DNA from: Auanema rhodensis | Lineage: Eukaryota; Animalia; Nematoda | Direction of reading: 5' to 3' | Assembly (NCBI GenBank): GCA_964057225.1 | Contig: OZ059899.1 | Coordinates: 5,766,001-5,830,000 of the forward strand | Length of the DNA: 64,000 nucleotides | Shown here: in pieces, positions 28,674 to 46,668 of the stretch | Layout of the letters: every line of letters begins with the position of its first letter | Position numbering within the stretch: position 1 is the stretch's first letter | Made by a program: the position numbers and the translations under genes | Notes under the pieces: model-generated | What the model was told of the DNA's origin: nothing | What the model saw: the letters and a program-made list of their open reading frames with translations, nothing else | Database searches by the model: none

Positions 28674-29249
28674 ATCAGTTAAATAAATATAATATAATTA
28701 GCTTTCGATATAAGTTTTATATACAAGGCGAAAAAAAAACACGAAAACCAGAAGAAAATGTGAGGAGATCAAAGAGAGATAACAATGAATATACATATAC
28801 TTAGTATAATAATAATAATAATAGTAAAATAAAGATAAAAGTTGGATATTAAAAAGAAAAAAAAAGAGAAAGAAAAGAAAACAAGATATACTGAATGATT
28901 ATAAAGAAAAGGAGAAATTATATTCTTTTTTAGGAGAAAAAAAGTTGATTTGGTTAAGAGAGAAACATATATTATAGACACATTAAAGCTGAAACCAGAA
29001 AAGTATAATGCCCTGAAAAACGGAGCAATATAGTAATTATGGCAGAATATTTTGCCAGAAATATGCAAATATAAAAGAAAAATTTCAATATTTCTATGAA
29101 AATATTAACTACGTAAAGCATTTCTAATGATTAAAAATCTTTTTTTTTTGTTTGATTGTGAATCAGAAAATATTGAAAACAAAGTATCACGATAGAATCA
29201 CAGGGTTTCAATGTAATTGAATAAAGTACAGTTCTTAGTAATGATGACT

Positions 29250-30522
29250 CTATTCTGGTGACTTTTCTGATGATGTTTCAAGATCAAGCTTTACTGGAGA
29301 GCTCGGAGCTGCTACTGGAGTTGAAGCGGATGGTACTGTTGGAAATCCAAGGGTAGAAGCATTGGACACAATTGTTTGGGTATTCACCGATGGTGAGGTT
29401 GGTAAGAAAGACAGAAATTGAAGATTTGTTGGAAATCCAGATGTTGGTGGAAAAGAAGTTAAGCCAGCAGGTAGAAATGCTGCCATTGCTCCTGGTGGAG
29501 CTTGAGGTAATCTTGCAGGAGAAGCAGCAGCAGCAGCAGCAGCGGCTGCAGCTAGTCCGGGGGCACTGCTGAGATAGCTTGCCCAATAAGGATTTGTGCG
29601 AAGAACTTGTTGAACAGCAGCAAAATTTCCTGCTTCATTCAGAAGATCAATTCCAACGGAAGCCTGGCGTTTCCATTTTGTTCTGAAATGAGTGAAAATA
29701 AGAAATTTGGAAATTAAATGATACGGTAAGCATAATAAAGAATTGCAAAATACTTCTTCTTCACAATTTCTTAATGGGTTTTTCTACTTTTAATAGTTTT
29801 TCATATAATAGGTCGATCAGAACAGGCTAATTGGCACTTTTGACTGAATATAAGTATGAAGAATTGGCTTCTCATATACACACTCTCACACTTTTCAATT
29901 AAAATGAAGAAGGTGTAACGTTTTCTCAAGTTATTTCACTAATTCTTTTCTTTCAGCTTCAAATATATAAACTTTTAGTTAAGAATTTATATATAATTGA
30001 GTGAATATAATATTTATTTGAATGCTACCGTAATCCTTCTCCAACTATGACATCAGGCTTTTCGAGATGACAAGGTTGTTGCCAATAGCTTATAAACATG
30101 ATGAAGAGGTCGTTTTAATGAGGAAAAAAAGAAAGATAATGAAATAATATGATGAAGTTGAAAAAAACAGAATAGTATCGTGTTGGGAACATTTTTTTTT
30201 ATTTTCAAACGATAATTAAAGGAGATAAAAGTTTTCATTCATTTCCTCAGTAGAGAGAGTATGCAAGAAGAGGAGGGGGGTTGAGAATAGCCTGGTATAC
30301 GGTAATTGAGCATTGGAAGTTTAAGTGGCAATTTTAGTGTTTTCGGGGAGGTTCCAAAAGAAGCTCCACGAAAGTTTTCAAAAATCTGTTTCTGTTCCGT
30401 AAAAGTTGTGGCTGATGAGATAGATGAGACTAATACAAGAGCTTTTGTCTTTTTTCTTTTAAAATGAAGTTGAAATGGAAAAGGAAGAACTAAACAGAAA
30501 ATAGGATAGCAATCATTAGAAA

Positions 30523-30574
<52 letters not shown>

Positions 30575-32089
30575 AACAGATAGAACTGTGATTTAACCAA
30601 AATCTCTTGCAGTTGCAGTATAATGAAGAATGTGGAGAGTTTTCCCCCATTCTCTCTCCCACTCTTTTTCTTTTACATGGATAATTCTTCTCTCCCTCAA
30701 AATCTCCCCCCCCCCCAAATTAGAGGAAAAGATGTGTCAGGGAGTGTATAAGGGTGGTTAGAAAGTGGCGTGTTTAGCAGCTATCTAAAGCAGAGAAGAT
30801 TAGATTGAGATTCAACTTAAAACAATATAAGAGAGAGAATTGAAAGCTTTAAAATGAGAAGAAAGACAATAAGATCTTCTAAAAGTTGTGGAATTTGTTG
30901 ACTTCAAAATGGTTTATCGACAAGCTTTCTTGTGAGCTAAGTGCTAAATTGGAGAACTCGTTAACTAAATTTCTGAAACTAAAGTAAAGGAAAAAGATTT
31001 GAAAATGAATTTTTACAAGATTTTAAGGAATAAAGAAGGTAAGAAAGACTTATAAAGTGAGAAAGATTAAAAGAAAGAAAAAGAGAGAAAGAGAGGGCTA
31101 TAGAGACAGAAAGAGCAAAGACGACATGATGGTAAAGAGTCTGAAGAGAGAAGTTGTTTTAAAGAATATTCATTGACACAAACATAGAACAGGTAAAAGG
31201 GTAATAGAAGAGAAGAGTAACTCTTTAGCCAAATGAGAAGGATGAATGATCATGAATTGACGATTTTCGACGATTATCTTGTTAGTAAAACAGATATATG
31301 CAATGACGGAGAATGTATAGTGATAGAATACCTGAGAAGGATTACGGTAGGTTGGCTTTTAGCCAGTCAGCACATGTGAAAAAGAAGAGAATATGCAAGA
31401 ATAAGAAAATAGGAGACAAAACGTTTTGTAAAAATGGATAGATATGTAAGAAAGTTTTGCTATTTTGATATATAAATTTAAAACTATGAAGAGATTATGC
31501 TAAGAACAAACCTGCGATTTTGGTACCAAGTTTTAACTTGTGTATCAGATAATCCCATCTTATTGGCTAATTCCATTCGATCTTGTACTGATAGATATTT
31601 CTGTTTTTCAAAAGTTGTTTCAAGTTCTTGAAGTTGCTTATCAGTGAAGATAGTACGAGCTTTACGAGCTTTCTTAATAGCACCAGATGTAGGTGATGTA
31701 GAAGATTCAGATGGACTATCACGACGTGATGATGAAGTAGATTCATCTTCAACACATGATGATGTCATCAGATGTAATACATCATCAGTAGATGTATGTA
31801 ATTGATCAGATTCTGAAGAAAAAAAAGAAAAAATGAAAAATTTAAAAATGAAAATACCTGTTGATGAATCTGGACCATCATCATCTAAACGATTATCAGA
31901 TGATACAGCTGATGATGATAAAAGCTGTGAAATATTGAATGATGACATCTTATCAGATCTTTTAAGATTTGAATTTGAATTAGAAGATGTTGAATTTGCT
32001 GCTGCCAAATTAGCTAATAGAAGACTATTAGCTGTTGGATCCATATAAAAGCTTGATAATAGAAATTGACGAGGATCAAGACAACTCAT
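29250..32089 (-). CDS. BarH-class homeobox gene B (ceh-30/ceh-31-like); exons 32089-31858, 31812-31512, 29682-29250
   Basis: Exons 1-2 encode the same protein sequence as gene A; exon 3 [37 protein letters not shown]..poly-Ala..[13 protein letters not shown]. Confidence 0.93.
30526..30570. repeat. (GA)n microsatellite in intron 2 of BarH gene B
   Basis: About 22 GA units. Confidence 0.9.
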
Positions 32090-32263
32090 GATTTCAACTG
32101 AAATATTTTAAATTTTAATTGGTCTTAATTGGAAAATTATATATTAATTTAAAGAAATAAAAAAATTATTTTAATATAAGAACAACAACAACCATCAGAA
32201 GATACTAAATACAACCAAACTGAGTCCCGGTAGGCGGGGCTAGTCGTCTAACTGGGGTGTGGT
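31505..32263 (-). repeat. Inverted repeat block 2, right arm
   Basis: Reverse complement of 19127-19885. Confidence 0.95.
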
Positions 32264-32414
32264 TATTGAGGAAAGTGGGAGGAGTGTAGGTGAAGTACAT
32301 GGGTTTAAGAAATTGAACTATACAGAATGAATCAATTATAATTTAAAGTTAACTATGTATTATACATATTTAATTATTAAATTAAATATATATTATAAGT
32401 AATACAATGATTTG

Positions 32415-33260
32415 ATGATATGTTTACATTGATGTAAAGTATATGATATAGTTAGTAAAAGACTGAATGACAGAGTAGATGAGGTGTGATGAGGTACCAA
32501 GGGTTCATGGGAATTCTCGGTCGACAGATGTAACCGGAAAGGAAAATTAATATTTGTATTTCACACCTTTTCCTCCAATTTCTACGGTAAAGCCAAGTGT
32601 TTGATTGAGAAAATTTGGCGAGAAAATTTCTTTTCTTCCACCTATTTCCGTCTTAACTATGTGTATATAGTTAACTTATACTAATTAGATAGTACTAAAT
32701 TCCCATAAATTCTCATAAATTCTCATAAATTCCCATAAATATTCTAATTTTCATATTTTTTCCAACTTTTTTTTAAAACTTGATGGTTCATCTATGTGTT
32801 ATGTCCTCGATTTTCGGCTTTTTTCCTCAATTGAAGAGTATGGATGAAGTTAAAAAGTGATGATTTGAGGTGAGCAAATGCGCGAAATAGCTTGAACAAG
32901 GACATTTCAAACAAATTTTGTTGAAAAAACATTTGGCAAATTGTAATTACCGTACTTGACTTTATAACTAAAGACTTCTTTTCATCTTTAACTATATGGT
33001 TTAGTATAGTTAACTGAAAAAATCAAAATGAATAGAAGATACTGTATTTCGATGTATATGATGATGTCAAGTAGAGCAATATCTTGATGACGTCACCAAA
33101 TCTTTTGAAAAGCCCGTTGACATGTTACTCTTCACGGTAATTATGTAAGAAAACATAAGGTATAATATACATATATAGTATATATATAATCTTTATTTTC
33201 TTTTTAATTAAAAAAAAATTAATTTTTAATTGAAAAATGGTCTCAAATGGAATATATGTG
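32415..33260 (-). repeat. Inverted repeat block 1, right arm
   Basis: Reverse complement of 17526-18371. Confidence 0.95.
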
Positions 33261-36088
33261 CATATACATATATTTTTATGTAATTTATTAAATGTATATA
33301 TATCAATTAATAATATTTATAAATTATTCATTATATTTCAAGTATATAATAACTTCTTACAACGAAAAATCAAATAAATCAGAACAAATAGAAAGTTTGT
33401 TTCCGTTCTTACTGTAATATTTCCGTAACAAAGCAGGATGTATTAACAAGTAAAGACAATAAAAGATGAAACAGATGCGATGGAGAAGTCAAAGTTGTTT
33501 CCATATTTGTCCTTGTCCTCACTAACTATAATTCATCTCATGTATATTCTTTCTTTCTCTTTTTCTCTCTTCCTCTCTCTCATAATATCATTTACTTTAT
33601 CTCTATTTCTCATTATTTGTATCTCTTATTCTCTTGTATTCATATAACAATATCTATTCTTTTCTTTATTTTTTATATTCAACACCATGTTACTCTATAA
33701 ACTCATTTGTCGGCTCAAATCAAATAACTTATATAAGTATGTGTGGCAATTGTTGATGTCAAATAGAATGAGTAATGAACAAAGAAAGTGCACAAAAGTC
33801 TCAAGAATAGACAAGTGGATTACCGGGTGCCGGAAAGGTTAGTGACCAGATAGGCCGGATACAAATTGAGACGATTGAGGTATGTCATTAAGATGTTCCG
33901 TTCATGAAAAAAGCGAAGAAAAAGAAGAAGAAGAACATCATGATCATGATCATGAGGACAAGGGAAGAGATGAAATAGAAGTATTCCTTACAAGTAGTAA
34001 TTCAATCTTTACAATAAGCTTAAAGATATTCAAGTTTTAAAAATATATTAAGTTGTTTACCGGAAATAAACATCTTAATTTATTTTTAAAATTTGAATAT
34101 CTTTAACATAAAATATTTCATGTTTATAATTCAATTAAAGAATTATCAGCTGGTTCAAATCATAAAATAATGTTTGTTTATGCAAGAAATCGCTGCTAAT
34201 CGGATACAAAGTCTCATTAACCATCTGTGGGAGTTAGTGAACCGTTTCGTCCTTCGGAACTTCATCGCATGAGCCATAAAAAAGCATCAATTATCATATA
34301 GCAAACAATAGTTAATAAACGGATTAGTTATATGTAATAGTAGGTCCGTAGTCCAGACATGCCAGCCTTAATCCTTATACCATCATCATCATCATCATCA
34401 ACTCATTGTCATCAGTAGTACTCCTCTTCTCTCTTCTTATACGGTAGACTGATCTCATTTACCAGCCTCAACGTCCCTTCCTCTCTTCCTATTGCTACAA
34501 TTCGTCGCACATTTTGGAACCAATTATCGCTGTCATTTGAGATGAAAATATTTCTTTTTATGTAGAAAAATGAATAAAAGAAAAATATATATTGAATAAA
34601 AGAGAAAAGTAGTGATCAAGAAAGGTAGTTGTAGTTAATGTATTTAATATAATATTAATAGTAAATATAATTAACAAAAAAAAAAGTAAAAATACAAAAT
34701 AAGAAATAACAGGGAAGAATGAAGATGGAAGTTTCAACTTTTGTATAAAAAAAGTCAACCGTTTCACTTATTTGTATTATTAAAAATTAAAAATAATACA
34801 ATTGAATGAATAATAGAATACTTAGTTTAAAGCATATTTCAAGATCTTAAAGCTTTTCAATGTATGAGCTTGTTTTTTGCTAATCTACTATATGTATGTC
34901 TCTATTTTTTTTATAAATTTTTATATAATATTATGCATATACATCTAGCATAGTTAATAATAATATATTTTATATATTAAAGTACAAAAAATTAATATAA
35001 CAGAAGTATATTATAAACGTTTGTTCTCTTATTAATAGATTCACCAGATGCAGCAAATATTCGCGGATTGGCCTTGATTGTTCATAATAGAATACAACGT
35101 CTATATGACATGATGATCGTGCCAATTTTAGACATTATAATAATATCCATTACGTCGTATGTTGAAATACCTTCATGTCTATTCATTTTAGTTTTCATAA
35201 CTATACCTTCTAATTCATCTCTTTTTCTTTCTTTCTCTCTCATTTTACCTTTCTCTCTTATTTAACCTTACCTTTTCAACTTTTATTCTTTGTCTCTCTC
35301 TCTCTCTCTCTCTCTCTCTTTGTTTCTCTCTCAGTCTGTCCTATTGTATCTCTTCTTCTCTTTAGTTATTCACACATTTCATATATCTTACAACTTCTTC
35401 ACTTAATCGACTAAGTAAATTAGTATCCGTTCTAACAAGATGTACTTCCAAAATATTCAAGGACCATGTATGAAAACGATTTTGTGCCGATCATGACAGA
35501 CTCTTATGGTACTTCAACCATCTAATTACCTTATTTGGTAAAGGTTATTCCCATCAATATCTTTTTTATTTCAATATCTTCACTTTAATATTTTTTTTAA
35601 ATAATAAGAGACTAAGAGACTAAAACTAAAACAGAGAGAGAAGAAGAGAGAGAGAGACACAAGGTATGGGAACCAATGAAGTGAGGTAGTGTAGTTTGTG
35701 AAAGTCATACTGCTTAATTCAATGAGCCATTATATCTCTGCGAAAATACTCCAGACGATACGTTGCAGTCATTTTTTTAATATTTTCCTTGAAAAATGAC
35801 TTTCTCATCTATCCTTAAAATCCATTAAAACAACTTTTTTTGTATGAAACTTTCATTATTAGCTTTCACACAATTTTTTTAAATTTCAATACTGTACATA
35901 TTTTTTCCAGTTTTACTTTCAAGCATGAAGAAAGGGAAAAGGAAAAAACTTATTTTAATAAAAAATATTAATAATAAATAAAAAAAGATATTACTATATA
36001 ATATTATTATTATTATTATTATTATACAATTGTTATGGCTTTTACTCATTTTTGTAGCTTGGGTTTGTGATTGATTGAGAAGACATTT

Positions 36089-37188
36089 TTAGATTTTCTT
36101 ACAGCACATATAGTTTTCTTTTGGACCATCCTTAAATTATATTTTTGGACAAAAAAATAAAAAATGGAAAACTCACAAAAGCCATATTAGGTGTATATAC
36201 AGTAGCACTCTTGATACATTCATAATCATCAGGACAAACTCCCATATATTCATTATTTGGTTGACACATAATTGGCATAGTTAACTCAGAAGATGTATAT
36301 CCAGTTGGACATTCTAATAACAAAATATTTTAATTTTTTCTTTTTTTTTTTAAATAAAAAAATGTTTTTTCAAAATCAAAATGGTTAATAATGATTGTTA
36401 ATTATATGTTTAAACAGTTGATATATGTATGTAAAGTATATTAATATTAAAACAAATATATTATATAGTTTTAGACAAAAAATGTTTTTTTTTGTATTTC
36501 CGGTAGCTTATATGTCCAAAAAAATGTTAAAACTGAACAAATAAAAAATAAATTATAGAATTCTTTTGAATTTTTATATAATTTATATGATATAATCTAT
36601 CCTTGTCAAGATATCAGTATTCAAAAAAAACAAAATAACAATTAATATATAAGATAAACTTAAATATTTTATGAAAAACTCATTGTGAGAATTCCATGTT
36701 TCTTTCAAAAATTGAATTGATCTTACAACAATTTTTTAAAATTAAATTTGAATTTGTTTAAAATATTTAAAAAATACATTTTTTTAAAAAACCTATTCAA
36801 TAGCTTTCAAGTTATAAGAAATTTAAATATAAAATAATATAAATTTAATTTAAATTTGAAACTTACGTGGATAAACTGTTCCTTTCTTCTGCTGACAACA
36901 AATTCTTCTAGCTTTATTTATGCTGAATATACATCTGTAACAAGTTAACTTCTATTTTATGAAATTTTCCTATTTGTTTCAAAAATACGTCGAATTTGGT
37001 CCGAAGCAATCCATTGTACTTCCACAATTGCTGTTTCCGTTTTCAGGTTCAAGAAAATCATAATAACAATCACTACCTATATGATATAACAATTAGTTAT
37101 TTATAATAAATAAAGATAAATGAATATGAATGAACTTACCGGCTAATGCAAATACAATCAGATTGAAACATATCAATAGCTTAAACAT
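36089..37188 (-). CDS. Small secreted Cys-rich protein (~125 aa, two WR1/lustrin-like modules), 5 exons
   Basis: Manual splice: MFKLLICFNLIVFALAG|SDCYYDFLEPENGNSNCGSTMDCFGPNST|CIFSINKARRICCQQKKGTVYPQ|CPTGYTSSELTMPIMCQPNNEYMGVCPDDYECIKSATVYTPNMAF|DGPKENYMCCKKI*; all phases compatible. Confidence 0.8.
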
Positions 37189-38139
37189 TTTTTTAGATAA
37201 TACAGAGCAGAAAGGCCAACTGGAAAAATGGCAGAATTTGGCAGATGATTTGCTATTTATACAGCCGAAAAGGGCTTTGTGTTGTTGCAACTGTTTGTTC
37301 ATGAAAACGGAGTGAAAAGAAGAGATATAGATAGTAGTGTATGAAGAGATTTGAAAAAAAAGATAGAAAGAGAGCTATAGAGGGAGAGAGAAAGAGGAAG
37401 AGAGGTGAGGTGAGAAAGGAAAGAAAAAAAACTTTTGTATTCCATATCAGAAGTAGAAGCTTGATACGTAATGAGTTTTATTGTTCTCAAGCTTTTCATC
37501 AAATGAACTTTGGAAATCAGAATTGAGGATTTTGGAAATGTTCTTTGTTTAACATGTTACGTCAAATTCAAAGCTAAAAACATATGTTGTTATTGTTTTT
37601 ATTGTAAAAAAACAATTGAAATCATTTATATAAATAAAATAAAATAAATAATAATTTATCATTATACTTATTATATGAAATAATATTTGAAACATCTTTC
37701 ATTTTAAACACAAAAGATTTATTATAATAACTATATTTAAATGTTTATTTGATAAGAATATATTGTTATTTTAGATATTACATTCATAACATTCTTTAGA
37801 TTAACCTCTATCTTTTTTACTTTTTATGATAAATGTTTTTTAAACTATTATATAACCTTTGATATATAATGTAAACAAACATATGAATTCTATTCAAAAA
37901 TTCTTCTCTCTTTTCAAAAACTCCGTTTACATATACGTGAAACACTGAAATAGTCCTGTTTTCTCTTCAAATTATTTGATAATCCATTGAATATGTGTAC
38001 TTAGCACACAGATTAACTATATGATTAACCCGATACATAGAACTTTCATTCAAATTCAGTTTAACCTCTCGATTTATGACTATAGGCTTTGAACAGGTTT
38101 TATCTTATTCATAATTATTACGCAAACCTCTTTATAAAG

Positions 38140-38141
<2 letters not shown>

Positions 38142-38199
<58 letters not shown>
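38142..38199. repeat. (TC)n microsatellite
   Basis: About 29 TC units just downstream of dpyd-1. Confidence 0.92.
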
Positions 38200-38208
<9 letters not shown>

Positions 38209-38429
38209 CACATCCAAATTAGATTTACCCTTTTTGTTTAATAAATCTCATCTAAGCTTTTTCTCCTATAAATTATAATTTTACTTTAAATTATAATTAA
38301 TAATATATTATATATTATATAATTAAAAAAAAAACTAATCTTTATTATTTAATAATTATTACTACAAATAAAAAATTGTTTCAAATAAAACAATTTTCTT
38401 TTTTTTTCTGTAACCAGAAGTGAATGTAT

Positions 38430-43831
<5,402 letters not shown>

Positions 43832-44830
43832 TTCCTAAAATCTAATTATGTGAATAATCTGAGTTGTTAAGAACAATCAACAACAAGCGACAAGAGGACG
43901 CGATAGAGAGAGCATACAAGAAGAAAGCAAAAAGCGGGACGCGTGGAAAAATTCCGTTATATAGCAGGCCGGACCTGGCGAAGACAAGTGGCCTGATGAT
44001 ATATTGGAAATAGTATTAAATGATAAGAGATATTTAAGAAAGTATGATCGACTACCAAATGATAACAGCATGATAAAGCAATAAGCGAAAAGCAATAGCT
44101 TCACAGAGAAATATAGATAGAGAGATAGAGGGGGAGGAGACAAATAAGAGAGAAGGAAAGAGAAAACGAAAAGAGAGTGTAAAAGTGGCAAAGAGAGTAA
44201 AAGAGATCAGAAAAGGTGAAGGTAATCGACATTTTGTATGGAAAAGAAAGGTTTTATGAAATCTATTGATAGAAATAATGATCATAATCATGATAGAAAC
44301 ATGAATGACACCTTAACTTCTGTTATCTCTGATGAAAAAACAATGAGAGATACAGACCAAGAGATAGAGTGAGACAACAAGAAAAAAAATCAAGAGAGTA
44401 AGATTTTAGCAAAGTCTTATGTACTGAAAAGAAAAAAGATTACTATTTGGAGTTAAAATAATCAATAACCACTAAAAGATCCCTAAACTAAATAGCCTCT
44501 TGGTTCATAGTTTGTTCAACCTCCGAAAGTATTAAACAACTAAAATATTCTCTGTTAATTGGCAAACAGCCAAGAATAAAATCGAATTCTGAGAATCAAT
44601 CACAAAAATTGAATGTGCTACTATAAATTCTATAAGATGAACTGGAACTTCTTTCCAAGATGTCCATTACATCTTGTTGCTTCTTTTTTCCAAAAAATAC
44701 AATTCGAACAGAACGAAATTTGGAACATCATCAATTAAGGAAATCCACGTGATTGCTCTCTACAGCACACATCATATTCGACACAAGGTCAATTAAAATA
44801 ATTTTAATATAGAGAAAGAAATGCAACCCG

Positions 44831-46088
44831 TTATCAAATTAGCATATTGATTTTTATTGTTAGACGTAATAGTTTATTATGCTAAATTTCACGTTATCAT
44901 CTCATTATTATTATATTCAAAACATTATATTCACGTGAAACAATTCATTGTCCAAATTTGAAAACTTTACAAATTTTCTTCTCGCATTCTCCTTATGCAT
45001 TTCTAGTTTTTCATACACGGAAAAAAAAAGCTAAAACTCAATTTTTTTCGATACCTCAGCGTCGTTATTAATAATCAGGTTTATCAGACGGCACTTCCTA
45101 GACTATCTCATCATTGGTATGTTGAATTTTATTAATCTTGTCGACGCTACATATAATATTGCGCCGTATTTTATACGGGTGTACATTATATTGCTATACG
45201 ATCAGTTTGAACAACTATTTTTGTTAAAATATATAGCAAATAAAAAAAAACTATTGTTTAACTTTAAATATTTCTGTAATTGTAGTTTTGTTTCCAGGAA
45301 GAGAATGAGAAAGCTAATTCAAGAAAACAGATATCGGGTCCGGTTCATTTGCAGTCTGTCATTGTTTTAAAAGTTTGATAAAAAGTTCAAAAGTAAATAA
45401 TATTTAAATTTTAGACAGACGCGTGTAATTCACATATAAATGATCTCTTTTTTATGAATTTATCAAATTAGCATATTGATTTTTATTGTTAGACGTAATA
45501 GTTTATTATGCTAAATTTCACGTTATCATCTCATTATTATTATATTCAAAACATTACATTCACGTGAAACAATTCAATGTCCACATTTGAAAACTTTTCA
45601 ATGTTTTTACTCGTGGCATCCTTCGCCGCTTATGGATTCCTAGTTTTTCAGAAATGGAAAAACAAGCCACAGGTAATAATATTAGATTTTTTTGTTGGAT
45701 ACCTCAGCGTCGTTATTAATAATCAGGTTTATCAGACGGCACTTCCTAGACTATCTCATCATTGGTATATTGTCTTATAACAATCTTGTCAACGCTACCT
45801 AGAATATTGCGCCGTATTTTATACGGGTGTACATTATATTGCTATACGATCAGTTTGAACAACTATTTTTGTTAAAATATATAGCAAATAAAAAAAAACT
45901 ATTGTTTAACTTTAAATATTTCTGTAATTGTAGTTTTGTTTCCAGGAAGAGAATGAGAAAGATAATTCAAGAAAACAGATATCGGGTCCGGTTCATTTGC
46001 AGTCTGTTATTGTTTTAAAAGTTTGATAAAAAGTTCAAAAGTAAATAATATTTAAATTTTAGACAGACGCGTGTAATTCACCTATAAA
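44831..46088 (+). repeat. Direct tandem duplication (44831-45440 and 45460-46088, offset 629 bp)
   Basis: Both units start TTATCAAATTAGCATATTGATTTTTATTG and end AGACAGACGCGTGTAATTCAC.TATAAA; near-identical ORF translations in the track (45119, 45827). Confidence 0.95.
44948..45440 (+). pseudogene. Decayed partial copy of the downstream orphan gene
   Basis: ATG replaced by TTG at 44948, indels and early TAA, exon-1 donor missing, truncated within exon 3. Confidence 0.7.
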
Positions 46089-46404
46089 AGAAGCAGAGTT
46101 TATGCAAGTACGATATTTCTTTTTTTGTTGGGTTTAAGTAATATTACTCAATAGTTTGACGGAAATGAAATCATATCCCCCGAAGTTGAAGTTGAAATAA
46201 CTGAGCAGCCTCATCAAATTGCCGAACAAAGGCAGGAGGATAATACACAAGTTGAAGGTATTTCATTTATACCAGCATCGTTTTTTTTACTTGTCTGTTT
46301 TACAAGAACTGTCAGCAATAGAAGAAGATCCTGAATTCATAGAATATACTATTGAAAGCGGTCTGAGTTCAGACGAGAATTCAGAAACTGATTATGCTTA
46401 CTAA
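45577..46404 (+). CDS. Orphan 128-aa protein, N-terminal TM/signal anchor and acidic tail; exons 45577-45672, 45946-45990, 46063-46107, 46155-46257, 46307-46404
   Basis: MSTFENFSMFLLVASFAAYGFLVFQKWKNKPQ|EENEKDNSRKQISGP|TDACNSPIKEAEFMQ|FDGNEIISPEVEVEITEQPHQIAEQRQEDNTQVE|ELSAIEEDPEFIEYTIESGLSSDENSETDYAY*; four GT-AG introns, phases consistent. Confidence 0.7.
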
Positions 46405-46668
46405 TTTCAAAGTATATATAATATTTATTTAGTTATGTTAGTTCCACACATAAACAAATATATGAAACTATCAGGATTCTCACAACACTTTAGAATGAAA
46501 AATGAATCACAATTCTTTGGATTAAAAATAAAAACAATGCTAAAGAGTTTAAGACATCTTAATTCAGACGTGAAGTAGAGTGATATATTATTGTACAAAC
46601 TTGATTTTATTATAATTAATATTGATCACGAACTTATTAGATATAAATGGAAAGTAAGATGAGAGTTC

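Noticed and set aside
28769-29068. Hydrophobic Phe/Ile/Leu-rich ORFs here and at 22473, 25377, 34558, 43877
   Set aside because: Products of T-rich and (TC)n low-complexity sequence; this one lies in the 3' flank of BarH gene B.
19879-31511. Intronic TRA-1 site as known for C. elegans ceh-30
   Set aside because: No exact TGGGWGGTC found by eye in either intron 2; only near-matches (AGGGTGGTTA at 30751; GACCACACCC upstream at 19126).
17526-33260. Inverted arms as terminal repeats of a transposon
   Set aside because: The arms are host promoter and homeobox exons; no transposase or target-site duplication seen.
35677-35722. let-7-like seed TGAGGTAG within an imperfect hairpin
   Set aside because: The stem-loop is only ~45 nt and a 22-nt mature would run through the loop; the 3' part matches no let-7-family member I recall.
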